Part shown: positions 54,601 through 64,000 of the stretch, one piece after another
Layout of the letters: every line of letters starts with the position of its first letter
Position numbering within the stretch: position 1 is the stretch's first letter
Source: an uncultured bacterium
Lineage (GTDB): Bacteria > Patescibacteriota > Patescibacteriia > Magasanikbacterales > GWA2-37-8
Length of the DNA stretch: 64,000 bases
Direction of reading: 5' to 3'
Assembly: GCA_937903605.1 (NCBI GenBank)
Contig: CALCZC010000016.1
Location: 3,183 to 67,182, forward strand
The notes under the pieces: model-generated
Told to the model about the DNA's origin: nothing
What the model saw: only the letters and a program-made list of their open reading frames with translations
Databases searched by the model: none
Program-made: the position numbers and the translations under genes

Positions 54601-56214
54601 TATGTTATGGAAGAAAAGATATTAGATGCTGGTGTTTATAAAAGAGAGAATGGCATCCGATGGGATGGAGGCATTAATTTCGCTAAAGTATGGCCAGAGA
54701 GTGTTAATAAGATATATCTTATGCCAAATGATAGTTTTAATTATATGTATAATAGAATGTTTCATATTGGGGCAACGGCCTCTTGGGAAGACCCTAAATT
54801 TAACTATTATCTTTGGAATTTCGACCAAGATATTACTGCCAATTATCCAAATGCTGGAAGCGCAAGTGCTACATCAGCTGGATGGTCAAAAACTCCTAGC
54901 CAATATGATGCCTCTTTAATAATTAAGCCCGTACTTAATGGATTTTCTGGAAGCATAAGTATCGTTAAAACAGAAAAAAAGACTATATCAATTAAAACAA
55001 TATGTCCAACGTATAAATTAAAATGGCAAAGCCCAATCCCTTTAGATAACCACAAATCCTCTTTTCAGCCAGTTTCGATTCCAATTAAAATATCGAAAGA
55101 TGGGGCTGATGAATATATTAATGATGCAGTATATTTTGACGCATATGTTTGTGGAGAAGATGGTAGTAATATTAATTTTATGAATGCCAGCAATCCTGGA
55201 CCCGAAACCGCTAGGAGATGGGTATCTCCTATTGGATTAAATCAAATAATACAATGGGATTTTACAGATAGTCAGGGTAAAATGGTAAAAACGGCAGCTA
55301 GTCCTGGCTATAAATATAAAGCACAAATATTAAATGTTTTTGATATATACGGGGAAGGCGTAGAGGTAATAAAAGATAATATTATAAATTTAATAGATGG
55401 AAGAATAAAAACGGCTTCAAATTCATATGTATTGTCTTATTCTAGCCCAAGCGATTCTCCGTCTAATTCTTGGTCAGTTATATCTCATGGATATGGGGCA
55501 TATAGTGAAACAAAACACCAGAATAAGGCTCAAGGACCATGGAAAATTCAGCTTACCCCATGGACTTTCTGCAGTCCATTATATTCTCAAAACAGAATAC
55601 ATCATGTATTCAGTGCTATATCAAAATATTCATTTACTAAATTTATATTTTATAAAAACGTTGCTGTATCCAATCCATTATGGTCTAAAAGCAACTTATT
55701 AACTGCTCCGGCATCCTTAAGGAATACTTTATCCCAAGCGATAAAGATTGATTTTTCGCAAGAATATTATTACTTTAGATTATTCTTTTTGTCAGAATAT
55801 TTAGCAAATCATATGGCGCCGTCGGGAGTTACTGTTTCTCAGATCTGGAACCCATACATATTTATAGAATATAGAGATAATACTTCTAAGAGAGAATGTA
55901 AAATAAAATATTTTCCAATATCTTTTTCAAATATAAGGAATACATGGACTTCTTCTTCTTATATTTTTAATGTAAATAATGATTTTTTAGATATTGACAT
56001 TATACAGGCAATAGGAGTAGAATTTAGATGTTTAGATTCATCTTGCCCACAAGTATTGCTTAACACATATGTAGACAATAGAATGAATGGTTCGATTGAA
56101 GAATATTTATCAATAGATAAATTTGAATTTGGCAAGGGAAACGTAATTCTCCCTGATTATCAAGACTCTAATGGAGACCCAAGAAGTAGTGGCACTTTTT
56201 ATTTTATGGACTAA
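51619..56214 (+). CDS. tail tip/hub protein (1531 aa)
   Basis: Position; RFTG.I, VRNQ..V.G, NP.IE.GD hub-like motifs; FlgD-Ig-like WDG/WD motifs. Confidence 0.7.
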   Translation: MQTKNDSTINSVLSLNDVSYAKTARPAEYIEVFEGSIYEWQADTVNATWNRIDCSILNLNFQQGQSKTVSAQVSIELFRNSGGQLEYNYDTGIYTSTTGLHLSKGYLIRAYTGYCENEAPYTEHVKLRFTGIIESILPNDDGIIEVNGVDFSVIFMNALNYNYPDINSYRDLPWEITSAQLAADIDDSAISFNVLNNSGSITLGAKIKIDSEIMLVLDVSVAGEITTLTVQRLSGVSMHLRDTYLYTGDEFLVMPDDVYNNGLLNKYVPAYDNWRLDYALRDLCIKSKFPLGLFSIAYNDSSTIRLGRSDKYPYMQSKSIFEKMAQSSAISVPIFDNEKYDKTSSISYTSVVERKVYAGIDEELLNGAKFKLEFGQSLWDCILSLVDGFGFKVFFNESGVLVIKSIRQYEWLAPYNISENAVEIIENHVWSWEAWDIASHPSKRYTFLLTSANIPTVANIRNLKVRFISNSEDTDSAYIQLRKNNSGTWQDVGLPILIPALKKYQYYESEIYRAATSDTIFIEGEYGIEMVSSPSEAPYFNGLMYLDTNDEVICFECDSTTNAIISSAVNSAAEVRNQMTVIGLPESPQPIISKSVDTSSIYGGKNIIKGGWTGKDSFVSSDHPFMDGRYDKYELFKGTDGLGVRVYSLKANWNLIHIAFKPQTTPIGETIWVTNSTGTEVICGEHIITDNDLTSFGVWLKIPKTYNESMVRIYSSIDLYVSEIECFESDPSFNFVGHLKETIVIKKNISDKATSDWISLTQLEMHRRNVKQFQISSLSNPYIEIGDCIVVSAPEVGLFNDTRVWVTGIGSEISRVGAIDNLTVVALPPMQSYIKPPDPTPRFLTNSAHGFSISRKSVETNQEIGSATEFEEHGDIKTAYNLDASQTNISVFCQDEFSISPGQLVQIDSEFMLVSHAIIDYDVNIGNWYGALTVIRGSNYTIASTHVEASLVIANKVCTGFQPPNEYLTFNFALTRPQKVQIVVGILHRNHTLAYVMEEKILDAGVYKRENGIRWDGGINFAKVWPESVNKIYLMPNDSFNYMYNRMFHIGATASWEDPKFNYYLWNFDQDITANYPNAGSASATSAGWSKTPSQYDASLIIKPVLNGFSGSISIVKTEKKTISIKTICPTYKLKWQSPIPLDNHKSSFQPVSIPIKISKDGADEYINDAVYFDAYVCGEDGSNINFMNASNPGPETARRWVSPIGLNQIIQWDFTDSQGKMVKTAASPGYKYKAQILNVFDIYGEGVEVIKDNIINLIDGRIKTASNSYVLSYSSPSDSPSNSWSVISHGYGAYSETKHQNKAQGPWKIQLTPWTFCSPLYSQNRIHHVFSAISKYSFTKFIFYKNVAVSNPLWSKSNLLTAPASLRNTLSQAIKIDFSQEYYYFRLFFLSEYLANHMAPSGVTVSQIWNPYIFIEYRDNTSKRECKIKYFPISFSNIRNTWTSSSYIFNVNNDFLDIDIIQAIGVEFRCLDSSCPQVLLNTYVDNRMNGSIEEYLSIDKFEFGKGNVILPDYQDSNGDPRSSGTFYFMD

Positions 56215-56222
56215 GGAGATTT

Positions 56223-59200
56223 ATGGATACAAGAAATCTATATACAAGCCTACCAGAGAAAATTAATCGTCAAATTGAAAAGAAAACACAGACGAATAAT
56301 ATTAACATAACTTCTGTAGAAAGTGTTGCTAATGATGGAGTAATACCATTATATCTTTCTGAGTTAAGCGCCCCCTTCGATTCTAAAATACCTCCCGCTA
56401 CCCCTGAAATAAGATGGCAAACATATTATGAAGGCGGATACCCTGTAGTTCGGGTGGAAATTATATTTTCTGGCAGAGATAAATTAGGGCATGAGATGAA
56501 TGTGCCTGTGATGGCAGATATATATCGAGATAAGAATAATGATGGCGTCTTCGAAGATGATGAATATATAAATTCTTTGGATTTAAAAATTTCAAATATA
56601 TTTATAGACCGAGATGTTCCCAAGGACTCAATTATCCGGTATAAAATATTATTAAAAGCTGGGAATAAACAGCAAACATGGAGTGAACCAGTTATCGTAT
56701 CTACTAGCGATAATATAATTCCCGCAATCCCCGCAGTTGGAGTTGACCCTGATTCTGGATTAGATAATATAGTTGTATTAACAGACAATTTAAATTCTAT
56801 TACAAATGGGGACAATTGTAATGCTGTTTTAAAAATAAAACAACATAATGACGACGATTTTAAATTATTTGAAATACGATACAGAGTCGTGGGACAAAGC
56901 AAATGGGAAAAGCATGTAGATATACTATCCGGCGCAGCAGAACAAGATGGCTACTATTATGTTGGCCTTAAGAATTTAATTCGTGGGCAATTCTATGAGA
57001 TACAAGTAAGAGCGCAACGTAATTCTGGGTCGGCATCTGATTGGTCAGCATCGATTCAATTCCGTGCCGGCGATTATATCGGACCGCAGAAGCCAGAGAA
57101 CGTATATGCAATAAATGTAAGCACCGATGTAGCGCTTGGCCTTCAAGTATGTTGGAGTGCTCCTGCGGCTACTGGCAATACTGGTATTAAATATTATCGG
57201 GTTTATAGATGGGAATATGACAATACAACATCTCTTTATGTCGATGGTACGAAAACTCTTATAGGAAATTTTGATACATCTTCATTCCCATATATGACTA
57301 CATGGGGGCATATAGACGAGACAGTAGTGGAAGGAAGATATTACGCATATGAAGTATCTGCAATATCTGACGATACAGATAGCAATCCATCATCTGCTGT
57401 TTGGACTTATCCCGATTTAGTCGCATATATCTCTGATAGTCCTATTTTAACTACATCATTTGTTAATAGAGATAATAATTTCCCTATATTGATTGACTGG
57501 ACTGGTTATGCCGGAGGATATCATGGAACATATATTGCTTTCCGTGAATTAGATAGGGATAAGAGAACTTTATTTCGTAAAGATTTTAAATCATCAGTTC
57601 AATCGTATACGTTAACTCTTCAAGACTTCGCCGAAGAGGATGCCAGAGACTTTATGGATATCGATCCTATGCTTGGGCTTAATCCTGGCGATGTTAATTA
57701 TTCTATTGAAGTTGGAGCGGTTTATAATGCTACATATGCAGGAACAAGGCGCACTCGTGCTGGCAAAGATACGATATTGCTTAATCCTAAACCAGCAAAT
57801 GTTCAGAATTTTGAAGCTACATATGACGCTCTTCGCCATCAGATAGACTTTAAGTGGACTAAAAATGCAGATGCATTTCTTACTGGCTATGAAATAAAAT
57901 CGATAACAGAGGCAAACTATCTTTTACTTTTAGCCACTACTGGAGAAACGGAAGAGGATAATTTAATAAGAAGAACCATATGGACAAATGGCGAAACATT
58001 AGCAAATACGACTGTATTGAATAAAAACATAATTAACTGGACATGGCAAATGCCAATAGGCGTTACTCCAAGCCCAGAAGCACCGAGTGCTTATTATTTC
58101 TTAATTAAAGCAGTTGGCGATTTCTTCATTGATTATAAATATCGTAGTGCAGAATTAGAAAAGATTATCTACTCAAAAGAATCTGATACTGCAACTACAA
58201 CGGTATTACAGAAACTTCCCGCGCCTACAGTTGATACGGTCTCATATACCTCTGCTGTTTTAGATGGCAAAGTAATGAGAATGAACTGGACTATAACTTT
58301 AACTGAAGCACAGAAAAGACAATTTAAAGAGTTCTGGCTTTATATGTCAACTACTGCGACAGATGTTGATAGTTTCAACCCAACATATCGTGTTTGGCGT
58401 GGCGCTGATTTAACTACAGTATTAGAGAAAGACCATTTAGGCAATGCTCTTAATTATGCAACTACTTATTATTTTAGAGTAGTGGCAGTTGACCAGTATG
58501 ATAACCCTGGCAATTTATCAGAAAGATTTACTAACTATCCTGCTGGGTCGCTATCTGTTTTACCACAGTGTCGTATAACTGGCGCAACTGTTATTAGAAG
58601 CGTTCCTGTTGAGCTTAACAGCCAAAGCGAAACTCCATTCCACGATAGCACATTAGTTGATGTTTATAACACGCGCTCAATGCAATTCGAGATACCAGTA
58701 TCATTTACGAAGAACATGTATGTTGACCGCATCAGATGGTATGTGTCAACGAGTGGTGGAGCGTATACGCTCGTTACTGAAACATTCTTCGATAAAGAGA
58801 AGGTTAATCAAGCTGTTACAATATCAGCTGGTTTTAAACAATCATATTCGTTCTCTACAGATAAGACATTATTCCAAGTTAAGGCAGTACAATATCGTCC
58901 TGATGGCGCAGAGGGAAGTTTAGTTGCCACAACGGCATCAAGATATTCTAAGATTGATACTTTGCCGCCAGCCATTGATATACAGAAAGTTTTATATCAT
59001 GTAGATGGCACTAATGCTATCAACAAGAATGGATATATAAACAAAAAGATAACTGATAGTGGAATTGATATATATTTTAGATCTTATGAAAAAGAAAGCA
59101 ATTCTGGTATTCAGAAAACAGAATATACAGTTGATGGCGCGACTTGGACATCTTGTATATCTCCGCTTAATATAACAAATGTAATGCTGGGCGCAGATAC

Positions 59201-62200
59201 CGCGAATGGGTTATATCGTGACTTTGAAATTAAATTAAGAGCATATGATAATGCAGACAATGTTATCGAACAGATTATTAAGTTTAAAAAAGATACAATT
59301 GGTCCTTCGGCAAGCGATTTGCCTACATCTTTGACATGGGCATTTGGTCGTGATGTTAAATTATCATGGACTAACCCAACTGTAAGCAACCGAAACCTTT
59401 ATGATGGATTGAAGTTGTTTATAGGCGGAATTTTAGAAGACGCTCAGGAATACACTTTAGATAGCAATCCGTTTATATTTAGACCAGCTTTAGAGCCAGA
59501 AGAAGATTCAGTTGAATTATATCTCGCTGCATTTGATATAGCAGATAACTATACATATTTAGATGAGAATGGCGCTGTTCAAAGCGGTCCATATAAAATA
59601 ACACTTGTTAATTATCCGCCGGCTGCTCCTGCAAACTTAACCGTAGAACAGGCAATTAGTGGCGTTAAAGCCAAATGGGACGCTGTAACAACTGATACTA
59701 ATGATGGCGCAGAGGAAGTAGAGAAATATCAAGTCTCTTATGGCCTTGGCGAAACAGAGGGTGGAGTTTCGGTATGGAATGATGCTGGATATTTCTATTC
59801 TACTGAGGCGTCTATTACTTTATCATCTTCTGATATGGCTTTATGTGCCGCAAATACTAACTTATATTTATTTGTTAAAGTAAGAGCATATGACTATTGG
59901 GGATTAGATGGTGCATATTGTTCTGCGAATGGCGCTCGTCCTCGCGAGATCACTGCTGTTGATATGGAAGGCAATATATTTGACTTTGAAGTATCTTTTG
60001 GTGGCGGAGCAACAATGACGGGCGGAGGCAGTTCTCCTGCTAATGCTTATGACTTAGTTGATGCCGACTATGATAATGCAAGATATGTTCGCATTAATAA
60101 TACATCTGCTTATAATGGCTATGTTCAGATAGATTTTAAAAAGGCAGAATGGCTTCCTGAGATTAAAATTAAATTAAAATATGGTATTCCAGTTAATTTC
60201 TTTATTGAATATCAAGAAAAAACTGCTGGTACTGTGTCATGGGGACATTACTTAGTCCCTACAAGTGGTCATACTTTTAATACAGTGGGCAGTATTACAA
60301 AAACTGCAACGAAACCATCAGTTAGTGATGAAAAGTATTTTAGCCACAATGAAGTCGGGCCTGGCGAAGAATATAATGCATTATTTACAAGATTAAACTT
60401 TGCAAGTGATACGAGAGCATTGTTTGTTCAAGGCATTAGAGTCTATTTTGTAACAGAAGGAAATATTGATGTAGTCGAAGTTCAGCCGATCATAGAAAGT
60501 ATTGCAAACATATTTTATGGCTCCGAGATTAATTTAGATAAGTTAGTTTCTATAAGAAGCAATGCAGACAGCATTAACTATATATATCTTACAAAATTGG
60601 GCCTAACAATATATGGGAATAATGGGTCTGGTGTATCTGAGCAAAAAGTTACGATTGGATATCTTGACACGAATATATATGGAGCTTGGCTTAGAGACAG
60701 GGTATATATTGGCGGAAGCTCTTACAGTAATGCTCCGATTCAGATTGTAGGAGCGTCTGCTTCTATTAATCTCGGAGGGCTATATGCGACCCCAAGTCAG
60801 TCTTATATTAGTGGGGCCAATGGCAGTTTCTCTACGGGCAATGGTCTATCCACTAATTATCTATCTGCAACTGCATCTGGATCTACAATGGGGCCAACCG
60901 ACAGTCAAGTGTCTTCTACATCCGCTGGAACAGAAATAAAACAAAAAGTTAGCGTTGATACAACAAAAGGGTGGTCGCAATATAATAATTATTATATCCA
61001 ATTTGGAGTCGGATTAACATATGGGGCCGAGGTTCGCGCTCAATTGGGAAGGCTCGCTGCTAACGTTTATGGGTCATGGTTAACCAATGGCGTATATATT
61101 GGGGGAACATCTTATGCCAATTGCGAGTTAAGATTAACTGCGTCTACACTTGAAATGGGGTATATTTCCGCCGACGTCTATAATATGACACTAACTTCTT
61201 CTGCGTTATCTGTTGGCAGAACAGGAAGTTATTATAATGCTAAATTTGAATCAGCAGCTATATCGTTAGGATATCATATAAATGGATATGCGATTATCGT
61301 TGGGGCTTCCGAAATTAAAATGAAGCTTCCCTCTGAAACAACATATAATCTATCTATTACATCTGGACAGATAGGACTTGGATATACGGGTGGGTATTAT
61401 AATACTAAAATAACAGGCGGAGCAATATCAATAGGGCATCTTAGTGGCGGAACAAATTATGCCTTAACTATGGATTATTCCGTTGCAGAAGCAAATAGAT
61501 ATTTTAGTATTAAGGGCATGACACTTGTAGAATTTTTCCGTGTTGGAAGAGTAACATATGGCGCATATACTAGAGATATAACTTGGACAAACAGAATGCA
61601 TCTTGGAAAAGATTATACTACGGCTATGACTGACCCTGGGTTAGTAGACTCAACTTTATCTATAAAAATATATGATACAGATAATCTTTTCGGGATTGGC
61701 ATTTGCGGTAGCGCAATATCTGGTGGAAGTGCCATTCGAATAAATACAACATGCCCTGGGATGGAGATAGATACTGGCTCTTATCAATCAATAACTGCCG
61801 ACAGCAGTTATGCTGGCGGGACAATACATGGCGTAAATACAAATGCAAATGGATTTGGCGTTTATGGCTCTCATACCACGAATACTGGTGTTCGCGGCGT
61901 TAGTACAAGTGGATATGGCGTTTGGGGAGAATCCACATCTAATCATGGCATATGCGGGGAGACGGACAAAACTGATTCAAACTTAATAGCCGGAGTTTGT
62001 GGCAAGGCCACAAGTGCAATTGGCGTTTATGGAGAGACAACGACAAAATATGGAGTATTGGGAAACGCAACAACGGGCTATGGCGTGAAAGGAGAAAGCA
62101 CCTCAAGCTATGGAGTTTATGGTTATAGTGCGAATGCCACTGGCACCTATGGAGAAGGAAAGCTATATGGTGTATATGGGTATAGCTCTACTGCAATTGG

Positions 62201-62633
62201 AGTCCTTTGTGGGTCTGGGGGGGAAACATCTTTTCGCAGTTTGAAGGGTGCAGAGTTTAATTCGACTATACTTTCTGCGAGTATAGGGGCTAGCACCGGA
62301 ACGGCCCTTATTCTCGATGGAAGCGGATATATTCGAACCCTTTCTTCTTCAATTAGATACAAAACAGATGTTATAGATATTCCTATTAAATATTCAGTCG
62401 ATAGCCTACATCCCGTTGAATTTACTTTAAAAGAAACTGGACAAAGAAATATTGGTTTGATCGCAGAAGAAGTAGAACAAATTTATCCTGAAATCGTATC
62501 ATATCTTAATGGAAGAGTCGAATCAGTTAAATATACAGATATAATCCCGATCTTAATTAAAGAAATTCAAGTTTTAAAAAAATCTTTAAACGAACTTAAG
62601 ATTAAAGTTGACAGTTTGACCAAAACAGAGTAA
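56223..62633 (+). CDS. central tail fibre: FN3 repeats, GVxGxS repeats and C-terminal peptidase S74 chaperone
   Basis: YE.QVRA...S.WS FN3 motifs; (Y)GVYG.S repeats; SSIRYKTD...GLIAEEV...VKY..I...L C terminus. Confidence 0.85.
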   Translation: MDTRNLYTSLPEKINRQIEKKTQTNNINITSVESVANDGVIPLYLSELSAPFDSKIPPATPEIRWQTYYEGGYPVVRVEIIFSGRDKLGHEMNVPVMADIYRDKNNDGVFEDDEYINSLDLKISNIFIDRDVPKDSIIRYKILLKAGNKQQTWSEPVIVSTSDNIIPAIPAVGVDPDSGLDNIVVLTDNLNSITNGDNCNAVLKIKQHNDDDFKLFEIRYRVVGQSKWEKHVDILSGAAEQDGYYYVGLKNLIRGQFYEIQVRAQRNSGSASDWSASIQFRAGDYIGPQKPENVYAINVSTDVALGLQVCWSAPAATGNTGIKYYRVYRWEYDNTTSLYVDGTKTLIGNFDTSSFPYMTTWGHIDETVVEGRYYAYEVSAISDDTDSNPSSAVWTYPDLVAYISDSPILTTSFVNRDNNFPILIDWTGYAGGYHGTYIAFRELDRDKRTLFRKDFKSSVQSYTLTLQDFAEEDARDFMDIDPMLGLNPGDVNYSIEVGAVYNATYAGTRRTRAGKDTILLNPKPANVQNFEATYDALRHQIDFKWTKNADAFLTGYEIKSITEANYLLLLATTGETEEDNLIRRTIWTNGETLANTTVLNKNIINWTWQMPIGVTPSPEAPSAYYFLIKAVGDFFIDYKYRSAELEKIIYSKESDTATTTVLQKLPAPTVDTVSYTSAVLDGKVMRMNWTITLTEAQKRQFKEFWLYMSTTATDVDSFNPTYRVWRGADLTTVLEKDHLGNALNYATTYYFRVVAVDQYDNPGNLSERFTNYPAGSLSVLPQCRITGATVIRSVPVELNSQSETPFHDSTLVDVYNTRSMQFEIPVSFTKNMYVDRIRWYVSTSGGAYTLVTETFFDKEKVNQAVTISAGFKQSYSFSTDKTLFQVKAVQYRPDGAEGSLVATTASRYSKIDTLPPAIDIQKVLYHVDGTNAINKNGYINKKITDSGIDIYFRSYEKESNSGIQKTEYTVDGATWTSCISPLNITNVMLGADTANGLYRDFEIKLRAYDNADNVIEQIIKFKKDTIGPSASDLPTSLTWAFGRDVKLSWTNPTVSNRNLYDGLKLFIGGILEDAQEYTLDSNPFIFRPALEPEEDSVELYLAAFDIADNYTYLDENGAVQSGPYKITLVNYPPAAPANLTVEQAISGVKAKWDAVTTDTNDGAEEVEKYQVSYGLGETEGGVSVWNDAGYFYSTEASITLSSSDMALCAANTNLYLFVKVRAYDYWGLDGAYCSANGARPREITAVDMEGNIFDFEVSFGGGATMTGGGSSPANAYDLVDADYDNARYVRINNTSAYNGYVQIDFKKAEWLPEIKIKLKYGIPVNFFIEYQEKTAGTVSWGHYLVPTSGHTFNTVGSITKTATKPSVSDEKYFSHNEVGPGEEYNALFTRLNFASDTRALFVQGIRVYFVTEGNIDVVEVQPIIESIANIFYGSEINLDKLVSIRSNADSINYIYLTKLGLTIYGNNGSGVSEQKVTIGYLDTNIYGAWLRDRVYIGGSSYSNAPIQIVGASASINLGGLYATPSQSYISGANGSFSTGNGLSTNYLSATASGSTMGPTDSQVSSTSAGTEIKQKVSVDTTKGWSQYNNYYIQFGVGLTYGAEVRAQLGRLAANVYGSWLTNGVYIGGTSYANCELRLTASTLEMGYISADVYNMTLTSSALSVGRTGSYYNAKFESAAISLGYHINGYAIIVGASEIKMKLPSETTYNLSITSGQIGLGYTGGYYNTKITGGAISIGHLSGGTNYALTMDYSVAEANRYFSIKGMTLVEFFRVGRVTYGAYTRDITWTNRMHLGKDYTTAMTDPGLVDSTLSIKIYDTDNLFGIGICGSAISGGSAIRINTTCPGMEIDTGSYQSITADSSYAGGTIHGVNTNANGFGVYGSHTTNTGVRGVSTSGYGVWGESTSNHGICGETDKTDSNLIAGVCGKATSAIGVYGETTTKYGVLGNATTGYGVKGESTSSYGVYGYSANATGTYGEGKLYGVYGYSSTAIGVLCGSGGETSFRSLKGAEFNSTILSASIGASTGTALILDGSGYIRTLSSSIRYKTDVIDIPIKYSVDSLHPVEFTLKETGQRNIGLIAEEVEQIYPEIVSYLNGRVESVKYTDIIPILIKEIQVLKKSLNELKIKVDSLTKTE

Positions 62634-62670
62634 AATAAAGTTAGTATAATAATATTATAAGGAGTTTAAA

Positions 62671-62949
62671 ATGGATATAATTACTTACAAATGTGACGAA
62701 TGCAAATCTTTAAATCAGACTGAAGTTTATAGACAAAATCCTAAAAATTTTGATGATATAAAAGTTGAAGTTAATGGAATACAGACTGCGTCTCAAGGCG
62801 TTATTCGCTTATATCATAATTTTAAAGTTTGCAAAGAATGCCAAGCCAAAGAAACTAACTTTAAAAAATCTCTTGAAGCACTAATAGCGCCTTTAAAACA
62901 AAATCAAACCGATATGGCCGCAGAACAGAGCGCAATAATTAATTCATAA
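62671..62949 (+). CDS. zinc-binding hypothetical protein
   Basis: CDEC...CKEC; AAGGAG SD. Confidence 0.65.
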   Translation: MDIITYKCDECKSLNQTEVYRQNPKNFDDIKVEVNGIQTASQGVIRLYHNFKVCKECQAKETNFKKSLEALIAPLKQNQTDMAAEQSAIINS

Positions 62950-62958
62950 TAAATAGGA

Positions 62959-63240
62959 GTGAGCGAAATGAACGGGAACAATATTGAAAAAGTAAAAGAA
63001 ATAATTAAAGAGACGACATCGTTTATTAATAACATTACTTTAGAAGAAGGTAAGGCTCCCGATAAAGGAGCTATTGTGTTTAAGTTTGATGGCGGCAAAA
63101 TGCTTTCCCCTATTATTATTGGCTCTGCTGATTTACTTAAATCAAAACAAGCACTTGATTTTATAATTAAAAATATAGAAATGGAACGAGACCTTGGCGC
63201 AATGCCAGAAGATGTTAGAAATAGTTTGATGCAAAAATAA
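62959..63240 (+). CDS. hypothetical protein
   Basis: ORF track; AGGAG SD (true start may be ATG 62968). Confidence 0.6.
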   Translation: MSEMNGNNIEKVKEIIKETTSFINNITLEEGKAPDKGAIVFKFDGGKMLSPIIIGSADLLKSKQALDFIIKNIEMERDLGAMPEDVRNSLMQK

Positions 63241-63261
63241 TTATAAAAGGCGGTTGGCAAG

Positions 63262-63975
63262 ATGGCAGAACCTAATTTAATATCTGCGTTGTTTCCTGCT
63301 TCTACAGATATATTTCCTAAGCAGAACAACTCGTACAAATATGGCGGGCTAACACTTGCCGCCGACATAACCATTGATGCAGTATCAATAGGAATAGTCT
63401 TGCCGACGGGTAAGACTATTTCTGATATTGAATATCCATGTTGGATGAGCATTGACGAAGAAATAATATGGGTAGAAACTGTTGCTGATGTTGGCGGAGT
63501 AATAACGCTTCAATCGTGTCAACGAGGGCGAGGCGATTCAATCGCTACAGATCATATAACTGGCGCTTATGTAAGACAACCATTTATTTCTGGTCATTAT
63601 AAACTATTATCAAATGCAATAACAGCAATAGAAAACTCAGTCGCAGAAGGTTATGCTTCGGTTGTCGAAGTCGCAATTGACTCTGATCCATTCGTTTATT
63701 CTTATTCAGGTCGCTTATCATCAATTTATAATATAGCCTTATCAATTACTAATTCAGGCAGCGCAGATATTTTGAATAGAGGATATACAATAAGCCATTA
63801 TTCTGGCAGAACACCAAGTTATTATGAAGGTTTTACTTTTGAAACAAATCCAGGTAGTATAAGTGCATCATTAGAAAACTTTGTAGCAGGAAATAATTAT
63901 TTTGATATAAGAGTAACTGGCGCTAATGCCGGCAGTATGAGTATTAGCTTTAAGGGAGAAGGTGCAAGTAAGTAA
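63262..63975 (+). CDS. putative structural protein sharing a repeated domain with the tail hub
   Basis: LAADI...IDEEII.V......RG...A..H..GA.V domain. Confidence 0.6.
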   Translation: MAEPNLISALFPASTDIFPKQNNSYKYGGLTLAADITIDAVSIGIVLPTGKTISDIEYPCWMSIDEEIIWVETVADVGGVITLQSCQRGRGDSIATDHITGAYVRQPFISGHYKLLSNAITAIENSVAEGYASVVEVAIDSDPFVYSYSGRLSSIYNIALSITNSGSADILNRGYTISHYSGRTPSYYEGFTFETNPGSISASLENFVAGNNYFDIRVTGANAGSMSISFKGEGASK

Positions 63976-64000
63976 TGAAAAAGTTTATAATTAGTTTAAT

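Noticed and set aside
51619-62633. Diversity-generating retroelement targeting tail fibres
   Set aside because: No reverse transcriptase or TR/VR pair seen in the window.
19064-63452. Many short antisense or out-of-frame ORFs within structural genes
   Set aside because: Shadows of real genes, with no SDs and atypical composition.
1-64000. Stop-codon reassignment
   Set aside because: Long genes are intact in code 11, and TAA, TAG and TGA all end genes at sensible boundaries.

Overview
This is a 64-kb segment of a large, AT-rich, tailed dsDNA phage, probably a long-tailed siphovirus. A Bacillota/Clostridia-like host is inferred from TTGACA-N17-(TG)nTATAAT promoters and strong or bulged Shine-Dalgarno (SD) sites. 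Positions 1-18.2 kb are an accessory/early region of small genes, mostly on the minus strand, including a solo HicB, YspA/SLOG, DUF1653-like, FmdB-like and RHH genes. That region also holds a probable iteron origin (9.2-9.5 kb), a tRNA cluster and three unannotated structured RNA candidates: an ~800-nt ornate RNA (2.96-3.74 kb), a promoter-driven RNA carrying several anti-SD motifs (4.8-5.13 kb), and a 267-nt heptamer-repeat RNA closed by a perfect 19-bp stem behind a coiled-coil gene (17.2-17.5 kb). Positions 18.5-64 kb are plus-strand: beta-clamp, a Tad1 anti-defence sponge, terminase, portal, protease, scaffold and capsid. An 8-gene glycosyltransferase/methyltransferase/radical-SAM cassette follows inside the virion operon, then neck, tail tube, a frameshifted chaperone, a 2550-aa tape measure, and tail tip/fibre genes. 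Two non-autonomous IS607-type tnpB elements are present: one splits a tRNA-Gln, the other separates the first glycosyltransferase from its SD. All family assignments come from motif recognition by eye; no database search was run.
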